A stretch of DNA of 64,000 bases from Sulfuricurvum sp. (GCA_030693335.1 JAUYAU010000001.1:13796-77795); one strand, 5' to 3'; counted from the stretch's first letter, positions 40,619 through 50,465 are shown. Translations and numbers: made by a program. Notes: generated by a model not told the origin, from the letters alone.

Positions 40619-41833
40619 TTAATCTGCCAGTCGCCGTGCGGCGACCATCCCTCCACATAACATCATGATCGTAAAACCAATCAACACCGAAAATCCGTAC
40701 ATTTCCAAAATCACCGCCCCAGGAATCGCAAAAAACAATCCGATCGAAGTAATATTGGATTGCAACGCGAGATAAACAGGACGCAAATGCTCGGGGGCAA
40801 TGATAAGGATGTTGTTGGAAAAAGCCAGACGCATTCCATCCATTCCAGCACCCAATAAAAAGAACAGTAGTGCATAATGCCATAGAGTGTCGGCGAACAG
40901 CGTGAGGGCATTGGCACTGATGTAGGCGATGAAAGAAACGGTGATGATCAGACGTATTTTACCGTTGGAGGAGAGTTTGCCCCACAGCAGATTGCTCAGC
41001 ATCCCTCCGATGACTTGCGCGGTGAGGAGATAGCCGATCTGAACCCCGCCTAGATGCAAAAGTGTTTGGGCGTGCAAGATGATAAAAGGGAGCGAAAAAA
41101 GGTGGCTGTAGGCGAGTAAATAGGTACGAATTTGGCGTCTTAACTGTCCGTCACTGCGTAAAAGGGAGAAAGAATTGAATAAAAAAGTACGAAAGTGGGA
41201 CTCTTTTACGGAAATGTTTTCTTTGATCGGCTCTTGGATGAGGGCATAGGGGATAACGCCCAACAACATGACAAAAGAACTGAAGAGAAACAAATACGCA
41301 AAGCTGTAGGGTGCAGGGGTGTATTCTAAAATGATTCCGGCACTGACACCGCTGATGAGTGCACCGACACCTGCGGCAAACTGACGTTGTGCAAAAACCC
41401 GTCCACGATAGCGATGGGAAAATACTTTACCCAATATCTCGTTAAAATAAATGGAGCCGAATCCTGCGGCAAATGAGAAGATAAAAAGCCCGATTCCAAT
41501 GCACCATAACACATAGACGTGGTTAGTCGTTCCAAAAAGATAGATCCCAACGCCGATTCCAAACCATGAGAGAAAGCGGGCTAAGAAAACAAAACGCAAA
41601 TAAGGCATAACACGCGTATAGCTTTGTGCACTGAAGGCGGCAAAAAGCTGAACGATGATTGCTCCCCCTTTTAGCAGTGAGGAAAGCAGTCCGATAATGA
41701 GTGAACTTGCACCAAAAAAATGGAGAATCAGCGGCAAAATAATGGCGGGTTCGGCTATTGTCGTAGTAATAGAGAGAAAAAAACCATGAGTAACCGCTTT
41801 TAAGCGTGAGGATTTGGAATCAATGAGAGACAT
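40619..41833 (-). CDS. MFS transporter
   Basis: About 12 TMs; GKVFSHRYRGR loop. Confidence 0.85.
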   Translation of the reverse strand: MSLIDSKSSRLKAVTHGFFLSITTTIAEPAIILPLILHFFGASSLIIGLLSSLLKGGAIIVQLFAAFSAQSYTRVMPYLRFVFLARFLSWFGIGVGIYLFGTTNHVYVLWCIGIGLFIFSFAAGFGSIYFNEILGKVFSHRYRGRVFAQRQFAAGVGALISGVSAGIILEYTPAPYSFAYLFLFSSFVMLLGVIPYALIQEPIKENISVKESHFRTFLFNSFSLLRSDGQLRRQIRTYLLAYSHLFSLPFIILHAQTLLHLGGVQIGYLLTAQVIGGMLSNLLWGKLSSNGKIRLIITVSFIAYISANALTLFADTLWHYALLFFLLGAGMDGMRLAFSNNILIIAPEHLRPVYLALQSNITSIGLFFAIPGAVILEMYGFSVLIGFTIMMLCGGMVAARRLAD

Positions 41834-42489
41834 CAGGGGGTATCACTGTCCGATTTTGTATGATGTATCGCGGCATCCAGCAAAAGGGTTTTGGCAAAAT
41901 GGTTTTTGGTTCCTTTTTGAAATTCAGGGTCTTTGAGCAAAACGGAGATTTTTTTACTGCCGTTTCTTTTGATAATACGCTGCAGTTTGAGCTCGCCCAT
42001 GCCGTAGGCAAAATCAACGAGATACCACTCTTTGAAGATACTTTTGAGGTCTTTGATGTAACGGATGGCAGCATCGGTGGAGAGACAGACATCGGTACGC
42101 TCATCGTTTCCTTTTTCGATTTTTAGTCCGTAGGTACGTCCTGACTGCGCCATAAACTGCCATAGACCAGCCGTTCCGCGTCCATGTGAATCGGGATTAA
42201 AGTTGGATTCGCAATAGGGGATGAGGGAAAAAAAGAGTGGAATTCCCGCTTCTTCAAACTTCTTTGCAATTTTTTGATGTTCCTCTTTTGTATTTTGGTA
42301 ACGGCTGTAGAGGGACTTGTAGCCTGTTTTATAATCTTCCTTGATATTTGAGAGAGCGTGTATCTCATTCAAAGATTCAGAAGATCCTATGGATGAGAGT
42401 GATTTATTGATCGCAGATTCAGATGGCTGTGCAGATGCATAGGTCATTCCTAAGTATATGAGTATTACAACCGTTCGCAATGTATTCAT
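41833..42489 (-). CDS. Lytic transglycosylase (SLT domain, MltD-like, no LysM)
   Basis: Signal peptide; PYCESNFNP catalytic Glu; AGLWQFM; YGMGE. Confidence 0.85.
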   Translation of the reverse strand: MNTLRTVVILIYLGMTYASAQPSESAINKSLSSIGSSESLNEIHALSNIKEDYKTGYKSLYSRYQNTKEEHQKIAKKFEEAGIPLFFSLIPYCESNFNPDSHGRGTAGLWQFMAQSGRTYGLKIEKGNDERTDVCLSTDAAIRYIKDLKSIFKEWYLVDFAYGMGELKLQRIIKRNGSKKISVLLKDPEFQKGTKNHFAKTLLLDAAIHHTKSDSDTP

Positions 42490-43721
42490 TAGGCTTCGAT
42501 GTAGTCCAGATCTTTGTGAAACGTTTCACGGGTGTAATACAAAGCCATCAGAGCAAGAGCAAAACAGACAGAACCTACAATAGCTGCGGATGCGAGAAAA
42601 CCGTAATGCTCTTTGAGTGCCATAAAAGACAAGGTGATCGGAACCACAGAACCGCGAACGAAATTGGGGACAGTAGTGGCAACGGTTGCACGGATATTGG
42701 TTCCGAACTGCTCTGCCGCCATTGTAATGAAAAGAGCCCAGTAGCCGCAAAACACACCCAATGAAAAACAAGACCAATAGAAGTCCTGGACGCTTGCACC
42801 TTTGAGTGTATACATCCATGCAACACTAAAGAGAGACAAGAGCATAAAGAAGGTGTATGCTTTTTTACGACTTTTGAGTTTTTGTGAGAGGTATCCGCTG
42901 GCAAAGTCACCGACGGATAGACCGATGTAGCAGTACATTAGTGCTTGACCCGCCGTTACTTCACCTGCGATCTCCAATGATTTGGCAAATTCAGGGGAGA
43001 ACATGACCAATATCCCAACCACAAACCACAGAGGAATCCCGATGGCGATGGCTTTGAGGTATTTTGTTAAAAGACGCCGATGCTTAAAGAGTGAGAAAAA
43101 ATCACCGCGATGGATGTTTTCACTCAGATTGTGTTCAAACATACCCGATTCACGTACTTTAAGTCGTAATATAAGTAGCGAAAAACCTAGAAGTCCGCCC
43201 AAAATATAGGCATTGCGCCAGTCGAAATGCTGTGCCACGAGATTGGCCGCCACAACACCCAAGACACCGACACCTGCAATGGTCATGACACCATATCCTC
43301 TCAGATGTTTCGGTAGGATTTCAGCTACGAGAGTGACTCCTGCACCCAGTTCACCCGCCAAACCGATACCGGCGATAAAACGAAGCGCGGCGTATTGCTC
43401 GACGTTGGTGACAAAGGCATTGAGAAAATTGGCAACCGAATAGAGGATAATCGAGGCAAACAGAACCGATAGACGCCCTTTTTTATCTCCCAGCATCCCC
43501 CATAAAATTCCTCCGATAAGCATACCGCCCATTTGCATATTCAAAATGGTTGTTCCCCATGATGTGACCTGATCAGGATTGAGACCAAGCTCGGTGAGAC
43601 TGGCAACACGGACAACGCCAAACAAAATCAAATCATAAATGTCCACAAAATAGCCCATCGAAATCACGATGACAGGAAGTGTGAGGACTTGGCGAATAAT
43701 AGCAAGGGATGAGGTCGGCAT
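42489..43721 (-). CDS. MFS transporter (sugar/aromatic acid-like)
   Basis: GMLGDKKGR motif A, RFIAGIGLAGE, EQFGTNIRAT; start at 43721 with GGAG RBS. Confidence 0.88.
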   Translation of the reverse strand: MPTSSLAIIRQVLTLPVIVISMGYFVDIYDLILFGVVRVASLTELGLNPDQVTSWGTTILNMQMGGMLIGGILWGMLGDKKGRLSVLFASIILYSVANFLNAFVTNVEQYAALRFIAGIGLAGELGAGVTLVAEILPKHLRGYGVMTIAGVGVLGVVAANLVAQHFDWRNAYILGGLLGFSLLILRLKVRESGMFEHNLSENIHRGDFFSLFKHRRLLTKYLKAIAIGIPLWFVVGILVMFSPEFAKSLEIAGEVTAGQALMYCYIGLSVGDFASGYLSQKLKSRKKAYTFFMLLSLFSVAWMYTLKGASVQDFYWSCFSLGVFCGYWALFITMAAEQFGTNIRATVATTVPNFVRGSVVPITLSFMALKEHYGFLASAAIVGSVCFALALMALYYTRETFHKDLDYIEA

Positions 43722-43820
43722 TAAAACTCCATAAAAAATGTTTTTTATTATATAGGGTTTGTGCTTAGGAGAGCTTATAAGTGCTGTTATGTCATAGTTA
43801 CGCAACTACAAGGAGCTATA

Positions 43821-44351
43821 ATGGCCGCGGGTTCAACGATTTGCAAAGCACAGCTCGGTATGGCTGACATGGATAGAAATTATTACGAAACGCATGATAT
43901 TACCATCGCGCAACACCCCTCTGAAACCCAACAGCGTCTTATGATTCGATTAGCGGCTTTTGCCCTCAATGCTGCGGATCGACTGATGATTAGCAAGGGG
44001 ATCGGCGGAGATGATGAAGAACCAGAGTTATGGGAGAAAAACTACGGCGGCGATATCGTACTGTGGATTGATTTGGGGCAAGTGGATGAAAAGCGGTTAC
44101 GCAAAGCATGCGGCAGAGCCGATAAAGTGATCGTCTATACCTATAATACCAAAAGTGCAGAGGCATGGTGGAGGCAAAACAGCGCAACCTATGCACGGTT
44201 TAAAAATCTGAGTGTCAGACATTTGTATGCCGAGGGGATCGAAAAACTGTGTGCAAGGACGATGCGGCTACAGTGCAATATCAGTGATGGAGAATTGACG
44301 ATGCACAGTGAGCTTGGTGACGTAGCTATTCGCCAAGAAATATGGCAGTAA
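43821..44351 (+). CDS. yaeQ: YaeQ family protein
   Basis: AQHPSET..RLMIRL, LWIDLGQVDEKRL; AAGGAG RBS before the ATG at 43821. Confidence 0.9.
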   Translation: MAAGSTICKAQLGMADMDRNYYETHDITIAQHPSETQQRLMIRLAAFALNAADRLMISKGIGGDDEEPELWEKNYGGDIVLWIDLGQVDEKRLRKACGRADKVIVYTYNTKSAEAWWRQNSATYARFKNLSVRHLYAEGIEKLCARTMRLQCNISDGELTMHSELGDVAIRQEIWQ

Positions 44352-44413
44352 TATTACTTTTAGGTATAATTTACTATTATTAAACAAGTTGGTCTGCTCG
44401 AAAAGGATTATTC

Positions 44414-44728
44414 ATGCAAGAAGAGCGAAAAAAAATCATCCGATATGCACTCGATCACGACATTATAGATGTCCATACCTATAATGGGTATAAGGGTGAT
44501 TTGGTTGTCCGAATCACGATAAAAGACAAGGATGCGATGCTGGCAATACGCAAGTACGCCCTTGCCAGTGGGATCAAGGAAGTCGTTATCAAAGAAAATA
44601 AAGATGTTATACAGTATGAAATTTATTGTATTACCGAAGATGAAGGAGCGTATCACATTAAAGAAGTAAAAGCTCTGGATGAAGTACATGCTAAACACAT
44701 CACAGATGTATGGAATAAACAAGAATAA
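44414..44728 (+). CDS. Hypothetical protein
   Basis: 104-aa ORF with AGGA RBS and an upstream TATAAT; no recognisable motif. Confidence 0.65.
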   Translation: MQEERKKIIRYALDHDIIDVHTYNGYKGDLVVRITIKDKDAMLAIRKYALASGIKEVVIKENKDVIQYEIYCITEDEGAYHIKEVKALDEVHAKHITDVWNKQE

Positions 44729-44734
44729 TAGGGA

Positions 44735-45670
44735 CTAGGAGATGGAATGAATTTTTGTCCCCGTTAAAAACACATAGTCTTTTCCCGTTAGGGTTACCCG
44801 AAACTTTTTTTGCTGTAAATATTTTTTGCAGTAGTAAACGTCTTTATAGAGTAAGGTCATCTCTGAATAGGGATAATTGGGCGCTTTGGCTCCATAAATC
44901 ATCTCCCCTCCCATCCATCGGCAATTCGGAAATCCTAAAATCAGTGCACCATTTGGTGTTAAGTATTCCTGAACTAACTTCATAAACAGCGGTTTGAACT
45001 CAATACCAGGGCTTTGAAGAGTTCCTATCGTGATGATGAGGTCAAAGCGCCCTAACTCTAAAGATGCAAGATCATTGATATCATGGACATAGAAGGTTGC
45101 ATTTCCCTCGTCAAAGCGCTCACGTGCCTTCTCAATCGCGGAAATTGAGTGATCAATGCCTATGAGTTCGATGTTATGATATTCTTCTTGTGAGAGGATA
45201 CTGCGTATGAGATCAAACTCATCCCCCGTATTGATTCCCAAATTTAAAATCCGTTTTCTAGTCCCTACTTTGACACTGCGCAATGCACGCAGATACGAGG
45301 AAAGAAAAGCAGGTTCCTCATTTTTATGGATAGCGGAAAAACGTGAAGCAGTCCCGTATTTTTCCTCTTTCGCATCACTGTGATGAAACGAGTCGCCCAG
45401 ATCGAGTTTTTCATACGTGATCTGGACGGTATGTTCGGTAAGGATTTTGGGAGTGAGCATACGGCAAAAGAGGATTTCACCGAGGTCACTCCATGCTTTA
45501 TAACTGCGATAGACATAGGTAATATCATCAACGGTTACTGACTCTCCGGCATAGTTCCCGCGACCGATATCGGGATTGAGGACTTCAAAAGTGAGGGTAT
45601 TATTTTCCTTGAGCGTTTCGTATGCCCATGCAAGGATATCACTAAGAGGTTGGGAGGTGAAGATTTTCAT
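44735..45670 (-). CDS. Class I SAM-dependent methyltransferase with N-terminal extension
   Basis: ILNLGINTGDE, GIDHS, VHDIN, FDLIITIGTLQ. Confidence 0.8.
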   Translation of the reverse strand: MKIFTSQPLSDILAWAYETLKENNTLTFEVLNPDIGRGNYAGESVTVDDITYVYRSYKAWSDLGEILFCRMLTPKILTEHTVQITYEKLDLGDSFHHSDAKEEKYGTASRFSAIHKNEEPAFLSSYLRALRSVKVGTRKRILNLGINTGDEFDLIRSILSQEEYHNIELIGIDHSISAIEKARERFDEGNATFYVHDINDLASLELGRFDLIITIGTLQSPGIEFKPLFMKLVQEYLTPNGALILGFPNCRWMGGEMIYGAKAPNYPYSEMTLLYKDVYYCKKYLQQKKFRVTLTGKDYVFLTGTKIHSIS

Positions 45671-45701
45671 GATGCGATTTTATCATAGAGGAGAACGATT
45701 T

Positions 45702-46229
45702 TCACCACGAGTCGATACTCTTAAGGTTTTTACTCATAACGGCTAATTCCAGTGAATCGACTTTTTTGTTCCAGAGGTCTGATTCAGGAAATGGAATCAT
45801 TTTTCCCGTTCTTTGATAGCCTCTGCGTTCATAATAATGGATCAACTCCGCACGGTAGGCGATGACTTCCATAATGGCAGTGTTTATGCCCCATGTATGG
45901 TGAGCTTCAGATTCCGCATAGGATAACAGCGCTTTACCGATTTCGTTTCCCTGCAGGGTTGGTTCGACGGCGAACAGTCCGAAATGTACAGTATCGTTCT
46001 CACGATGTGCATGGATGGTGGCGATAATGACATCATTGATTTGGGCGATTAAAATGCGTGAATCAGGGTCATTGAACAGTTGAAGCATTCCTGCTTCATC
46101 GATGCGTTTACCGCTTAGCAGATCCGCTTCGCTTGTCCATCCTGCGCGGGAACTTTCACCACGATAAGAGCGGTTTAGCAGGGAGATTAGAACTGAAATA
46201 TCGTTTATCGTGGCGTGTCGGAAGATCAT
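45702..46229 (-). CDS. GNAT family N-acetyltransferase
   Basis: FAVEPTLQGNEIGKALL acetyl-CoA loop; YYERRGY. Confidence 0.9.
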   Translation of the reverse strand: MIFRHATINDISVLISLLNRSYRGESSRAGWTSEADLLSGKRIDEAGMLQLFNDPDSRILIAQINDVIIATIHAHRENDTVHFGLFAVEPTLQGNEIGKALLSYAESEAHHTWGINTAIMEVIAYRAELIHYYERRGYQRTGKMIPFPESDLWNKKVDSLELAVMSKNLKSIDSW

Positions 46230-46411
46230 GACGGGATTGTAGCACATCGCGAGTGCAGTTTTAAAATTAGGGTTTGAATGTTAAAATTAAACTATTAATA
46301 CGAGGAGATAAACGGTGAACCAAAAAAAGTGATCCGTGTGTGGTGGGAATATACTGCAAAGCGTAAGAGAATATACAAGATTTAAGAGTAATACTTTAAG
46401 AAAGGAATAGA

Positions 46412-47017
46412 GTGGTTTTTGAACGTATTATCGATAATATGGACGTATTCGCCGAGAAATTCGAGGGGATTGATCTGCACGGAAAAAAGATTACCAAAGC
46501 GGAGTTCGAGGATTGTACTTTTGTCTCCTGCGATTTTAGTGAAACCTTTTTTTCTTCGTGCAAGTTTGTCGAATGCCGTTTTGAAAACTGCAATCTGAGC
46601 GTGATGAAGCTGACCAATACGAAAATGAGCGATGTCGATTTTGTGTCATGCAAAATGATTGGGATCGATTGGACGATGGCGGATTGGAAAAGTTTACTCA
46701 ATGCCGATCCGTTGCGATTTCGCGAGTGTATCCTTAACGACAGCAATTTTTTTGGCCTGACATTGGAGGGGATGGTGATGAGGGAGTGCCGAGCCAAAGA
46801 GGTTGATTTTCGTAACGCTTCAATGCAAAATGGTAATTTTAAAGGGAGTGATTTCAAGGGGGCGTTGTTTGCCAATACTCATCTTGAAAATGCTAATTTT
46901 ACGGACTCAAATAACACCATAATCGATGTACGTGTTAACCATCTCAAAGGGGCTATTTTTAACCGCTACGAGGCACTTTTTTTACTTGAAACGATGGGCA
47001 TTGTATTAGCGGATTAA
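46412..47017 (+). CDS. Pentapeptide-repeat protein (Qnr/MfpA-like fold)
   Basis: Continuous (A/C/S)-(D/N/K/T)-(F/L)-x-x repeats such as AEFED CTFVS CDFSE; AAGGA RBS before GTG. Confidence 0.9.
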   Translation: MVFERIIDNMDVFAEKFEGIDLHGKKITKAEFEDCTFVSCDFSETFFSSCKFVECRFENCNLSVMKLTNTKMSDVDFVSCKMIGIDWTMADWKSLLNADPLRFRECILNDSNFFGLTLEGMVMRECRAKEVDFRNASMQNGNFKGSDFKGALFANTHLENANFTDSNNTIIDVRVNHLKGAIFNRYEALFLLETMGIVLAD

Positions 47018-47031
47018 GTTTGCTTTATTTT

Positions 47032-47310
47032 CTAAAGATCCATTTTTCCAATAGCACAGGAAACGAAACTCTTGGCATTGGTTGTTAGTGTCTGCAGGGT
47101 ATTGAGTTCATCGGTTGTCAGTGGATAGCCTAAACTTCTGAGTTTGAGTTTGAGTTTTTCCATTTGATCGTCTTGGATATCCAACGTGATCTTGCGCGGT
47201 TCACACTCAAGATCGACGTTTACGTCGCCAAAATCATCCGCCAGGCTTTTTTTAAGCGTATTGGCGCATCCTCCGCATTTGACATTCAGAACTTCAAACG
47301 TTTGTAGCAT
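47032..47310 (-). CDS. Heavy-metal-associated (HMA) domain protein
   Basis: NVKCGGCAN CxxC motif; SLGYP; C-terminal SCAIG. Confidence 0.85.
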   Translation of the reverse strand: MLQTFEVLNVKCGGCANTLKKSLADDFGDVNVDLECEPRKITLDIQDDQMEKLKLKLRSLGYPLTTDELNTLQTLTTNAKSFVSCAIGKMDL

Positions 47311-47325
47311 GATAAATCCTTTTTA

Positions 47326-47916
47326 TTATAACGATACCACATCGGTTGAGAGAAGGATGCGCATCGTCTCATAGGCATTTCCGACTTCGCCTACTTGCAA
47401 AGAAGCAGGGTCGATGCCAAGAGCTTCAAGGCACAGCCCGCAGCTGTAGATGGTGACACCGCGAGATGCAAGAACTTGTAATGATGCAATAATTTCACTG
47501 TTTTCTTGCTTTGTTGTAAGAAGTACCCCTTCGTTGACGAAGATGATGTATCGAGGAAGTGATTCAAACTCCAGTGTCGTTTTCAAAAAACCGTTCATCA
47601 GTTTTTTCCCAAGCTCCCCATTGCCGATACGATCCGTTTTGACAAAAATGGTGCGATTTAAAAGAATATTTTCGCTTTTATCAACAACGACATCGCATCC
47701 GAATCCCTTGACAATTTTCATCACAGTGACTCCGTCAGAGCGTTTGGCTTCGGTAGCGGTGCATCCTTGTGAAAGTGCAAATCTACGGCAGTTTTCGATC
47801 GAGGAGACGCTGTTTAGCTCTATATCGATGATGGCGTCTTCGCTCAGAGCCTCGAGTGCTTTTTTGAGTTCGAGTACGGGCTTGGGACAGTCTAAGTCTT
47901 TGCAGTCTAGGTTCAT
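47326..47916 (-). CDS. yedF: YedF-like sulfur/selenium transferase (TusA + DsrE domains)
   Basis: LDCKDLDCPKPV TusA CPxP motif; FVNEGV and SCGLCL DsrE motifs. Confidence 0.82.
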   Translation of the reverse strand: MNLDCKDLDCPKPVLELKKALEALSEDAIIDIELNSVSSIENCRRFALSQGCTATEAKRSDGVTVMKIVKGFGCDVVVDKSENILLNRTIFVKTDRIGNGELGKKLMNGFLKTTLEFESLPRYIIFVNEGVLLTTKQENSEIIASLQVLASRGVTIYSCGLCLEALGIDPASLQVGEVGNAYETMRILLSTDVVSL

Positions 47917-48845
47917 GAAATAGTTCCTTTTTTATATATCAGATTTTTGAGACTTCGTTCATCATCGCTTGTCGGGAAACTCTCTAAATTATCCAGCCTC
48001 TTAATATAGCTAAATTCAGGGGCGTTTTCATGAAAAAGGTTTTTGATAAATGCCGTATCCAGTTCGGGTGCATTGAGTGCGGCCAAAACGGTGCACTCTG
48101 GTGCCGCAAACTCGTGGAGTCTTCGGATGATCTTGGCATAGTCGCTTGTTGCCGCAAAGGAGCCTTTTTGAAAACTAGGGGGATCGATGATGATGAGGTC
48201 ATACGGTCCCGCTTTGCGGATACGGCTCCATGATTTGAGAATATTGTAGGGCATGAAGTGTACTTTTTTGGTATCAAGATTGTTTAGGCGGTGATTTTCT
48301 CGTCCGGTGGTGAGGACGTTTTTGTTCATATCGACGTTGACGACCGATGTTGCCCCTCCGTCGATCGCCGCAACAGAAAACGAGCAAGTATAGGAAAAAA
48401 GATTGAGGACGTTTTTGCCTTTTGCATTCTCGTGGATAAAGGAGCGTCCGATTTTCATATCGGGAAAAAATCCGATGTTTTGGGCATTGAGGAAGCTGAT
48501 ATGGTATTTAAGGCCGTCTTCGATGGCAAATATTTGCGCTGGCATTTGTCCTTCAATAATCGTTGATGGAGCATCTTTGAGATAGCGTTGCTGAACTATT
48601 AATGCTTCCCATTTTTTTTCAGCTGTATAGAAATCACGTAACATGGAGACAATAGCATCTTCCTCATTACACGATTCAAAGAAGACGGCAAAGAGAACCA
48701 TGTCTATACTGTCTACGGTGAGAAAATGGTATCCCCCATAGGTATTTCCGCGTCCATGAAATAATCGAGTGTATTCCTGCATTTTGTTTTGTGCATTTGT
48801 AATGAGTAGTTGTTGCAGCTGGCTTAAGTTCAAAACAGCTCCCAT
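47913..48845 (-). CDS. SAM-dependent rRNA methyltransferase (RlmI/RlmK-like)
   Basis: GFFPD, VLNLFSYTCSFS, LIIIDPPSF. Confidence 0.85.
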   Translation of the reverse strand: MGAVLNLSQLQQLLITNAQNKMQEYTRLFHGRGNTYGGYHFLTVDSIDMVLFAVFFESCNEEDAIVSMLRDFYTAEKKWEALIVQQRYLKDAPSTIIEGQMPAQIFAIEDGLKYHISFLNAQNIGFFPDMKIGRSFIHENAKGKNVLNLFSYTCSFSVAAIDGGATSVVNVDMNKNVLTTGRENHRLNNLDTKKVHFMPYNILKSWSRIRKAGPYDLIIIDPPSFQKGSFAATSDYAKIIRRLHEFAAPECTVLAALNAPELDTAFIKNLFHENAPEFSYIKRLDNLESFPTSDDERSLKNLIYKKGTIS

Positions 48846-49492
48846 GGATTATTCCATATTGTTAGTTGGTCTCTACACTCAGAGCTTATAAAACGCTCTC
48901 CCTCATCGGGTGTTGAAACGAAGCTGAACGTTTCACCCTTGAGAACAAAGCGCAGTGCATAGGCGTGCAGATAGCCGCGATCTTCTTTACGGGCTTCATC
49001 AGAGGCCGCATAGCGTTCATCTCCGGCACAGGGAGAGCCGAGGCTTTTGAGGGCGACACGGATTTGATGGGTTTTACCCGTATGGGGTTTGATGAGAAAA
49101 AAACGTTCATGGGTACGCAGGGCGCAGCTAATGAATTGTGTTATGGCGGGATTGTCCATGGTAGGCAGGAGTTTATAGTCTCCGCGTCGGGCGTTTCCCA
49201 TATCTGCTTTGACCCAGCCCATCTTTTTTTTCGGTTTGCGCATACTGATGGCGAGGTAGTATTTCTCCACTTCACGGTTTTCAAACATTTTGCCAAACAG
49301 TGCGGCAACTTCAGAAGTTTTGGCAAGGATGACTAAGCCAGAGGTCATTTTATCGAGGCGGTGGACGGGAAAGAGCGCAATGCCTGTTTGTTGACTCACT
49401 TGCACTACAAATCCTGCTGCTTCTTCTGAGTGAAAATTGACACCTGCGGGCTTGAGGGCGATAATGAATGAATCATTTTCATGGAAGATCAT
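48830..49492 (-). CDS. RluA-family pseudouridine synthase (TIGR01621-like)
   Basis: KPAGV, VHRLDKMTSG, TGKTHQIRV, GDERY, LHAY; likely start 49492. Confidence 0.9.
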   Translation of the reverse strand: MIFHENDSFIIALKPAGVNFHSEEAAGFVVQVSQQTGIALFPVHRLDKMTSGLVILAKTSEVAALFGKMFENREVEKYYLAISMRKPKKKMGWVKADMGNARRGDYKLLPTMDNPAITQFISCALRTHERFFLIKPHTGKTHQIRVALKSLGSPCAGDERYAASDEARKEDRGYLHAYALRFVLKGETFSFVSTPDEGERFISSECRDQLTIWNNPWELF

Positions 49493-49652
49493 GGAGTTTA
49501 TGATTAAGCCTTTTAAGTGAAGAGGTTTATGAGTCAAGTACAGCTTTAAAGGTTGGATAAGCTTTGGAAACTATTTTAAAAAAATTATACACTATCGAAA
49601 TATAAATGCTACAATCTAACAAAATAGATGCGCTAATAAGATTGAGGAAGAT

Positions 49653-50465
49653 ATGAATATTATCAAGCGAAATAATGTACATGTAATAGGTGATAAAGGT
49701 TCCGTAATCCTCTATGCTCATGGGTTTGGTTGCAGCCAGAGAATGTGGGATCGAATTACCCCTGCTTTTAGTTCTACTCACCGACAAGTTTTATTTGATT
49801 ATGTTGGCAGTGGAAAATCCGATTTGGCCTCGTTTGACAGTAAACGATATTCCAGCTTACAAGGCTATGCTCAGGATATCCTGGATGTATGTGATGCACT
49901 TGATTTACATAGCGGTGTCATATTTGTCGGCCATTCGGTCAGCTGCAGTGCAGGATTACTGGCTTCGATTGCACGTCATGAACTGTTTGATCGTATGGTT
50001 CTCATAGGGCCCTCTCCGTGTTTTTTGAATCATCCGCCTGAGTATTTGGGAGGTTTTGAGCGTGAAGACCTGGAGGGATTGCTCTCTCTAATGGATCAAA
50101 ACTACATAGGCTGGGCTAACTATTTGGCTCCTGTGGTATCGGGTGAAGGCGGCGGAGAAAAAGTATCGCGTGAATTGTCCGAGAGTTTTTGCTCTACGGA
50201 CCCGCAGGTAGCACGAGTATTTGCCAAAACCACTTTTTTCTCTGACAATCGTGCTGACTTGCCATTGGTTACTTGCCCTTCGTTAATTCTTCAACACAGC
50301 AGAGATACGCTGGCACCACTAGGAGTAGGCGATCATATGCATAAAACCTTGAAAAATAGTACCTATAAAGTAATTGATGTAGCTGGTCATTGTGGGCACA
50401 TGAGTCATCCAGAGTTGGTTATAGAAGCTATGAGAGAATATTTTGATACTGCTTCTTTGGGCTAA
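49653..50465 (+). CDS. RsbQ/KAI2-like alpha/beta hydrolase
   Basis: RNNVHVIG, HGFGCSQRMW, FDYVGSG, GHSV (Ser), SRD (Asp), GHCGHMSHP (His); collinear with B. subtilis RsbQ as recalled. Confidence 0.92.
   Translation: MNIIKRNNVHVIGDKGSVILYAHGFGCSQRMWDRITPAFSSTHRQVLFDYVGSGKSDLASFDSKRYSSLQGYAQDILDVCDALDLHSGVIFVGHSVSCSAGLLASIARHELFDRMVLIGPSPCFLNHPPEYLGGFEREDLEGLLSLMDQNYIGWANYLAPVVSGEGGGEKVSRELSESFCSTDPQVARVFAKTTFFSDNRADLPLVTCPSLILQHSRDTLAPLGVGDHMHKTLKNSTYKVIDVAGHCGHMSHPELVIEAMREYFDTASLG

Noticed and set aside
43821-47310. Run of small accessory genes (yaeQ, hypothetical, methyltransferase, GNAT, pentapeptide, HMA) as an integron cassette array
   Set aside because: Mixed orientations, no attC-like imperfect palindromes between genes, and no integrase seen.
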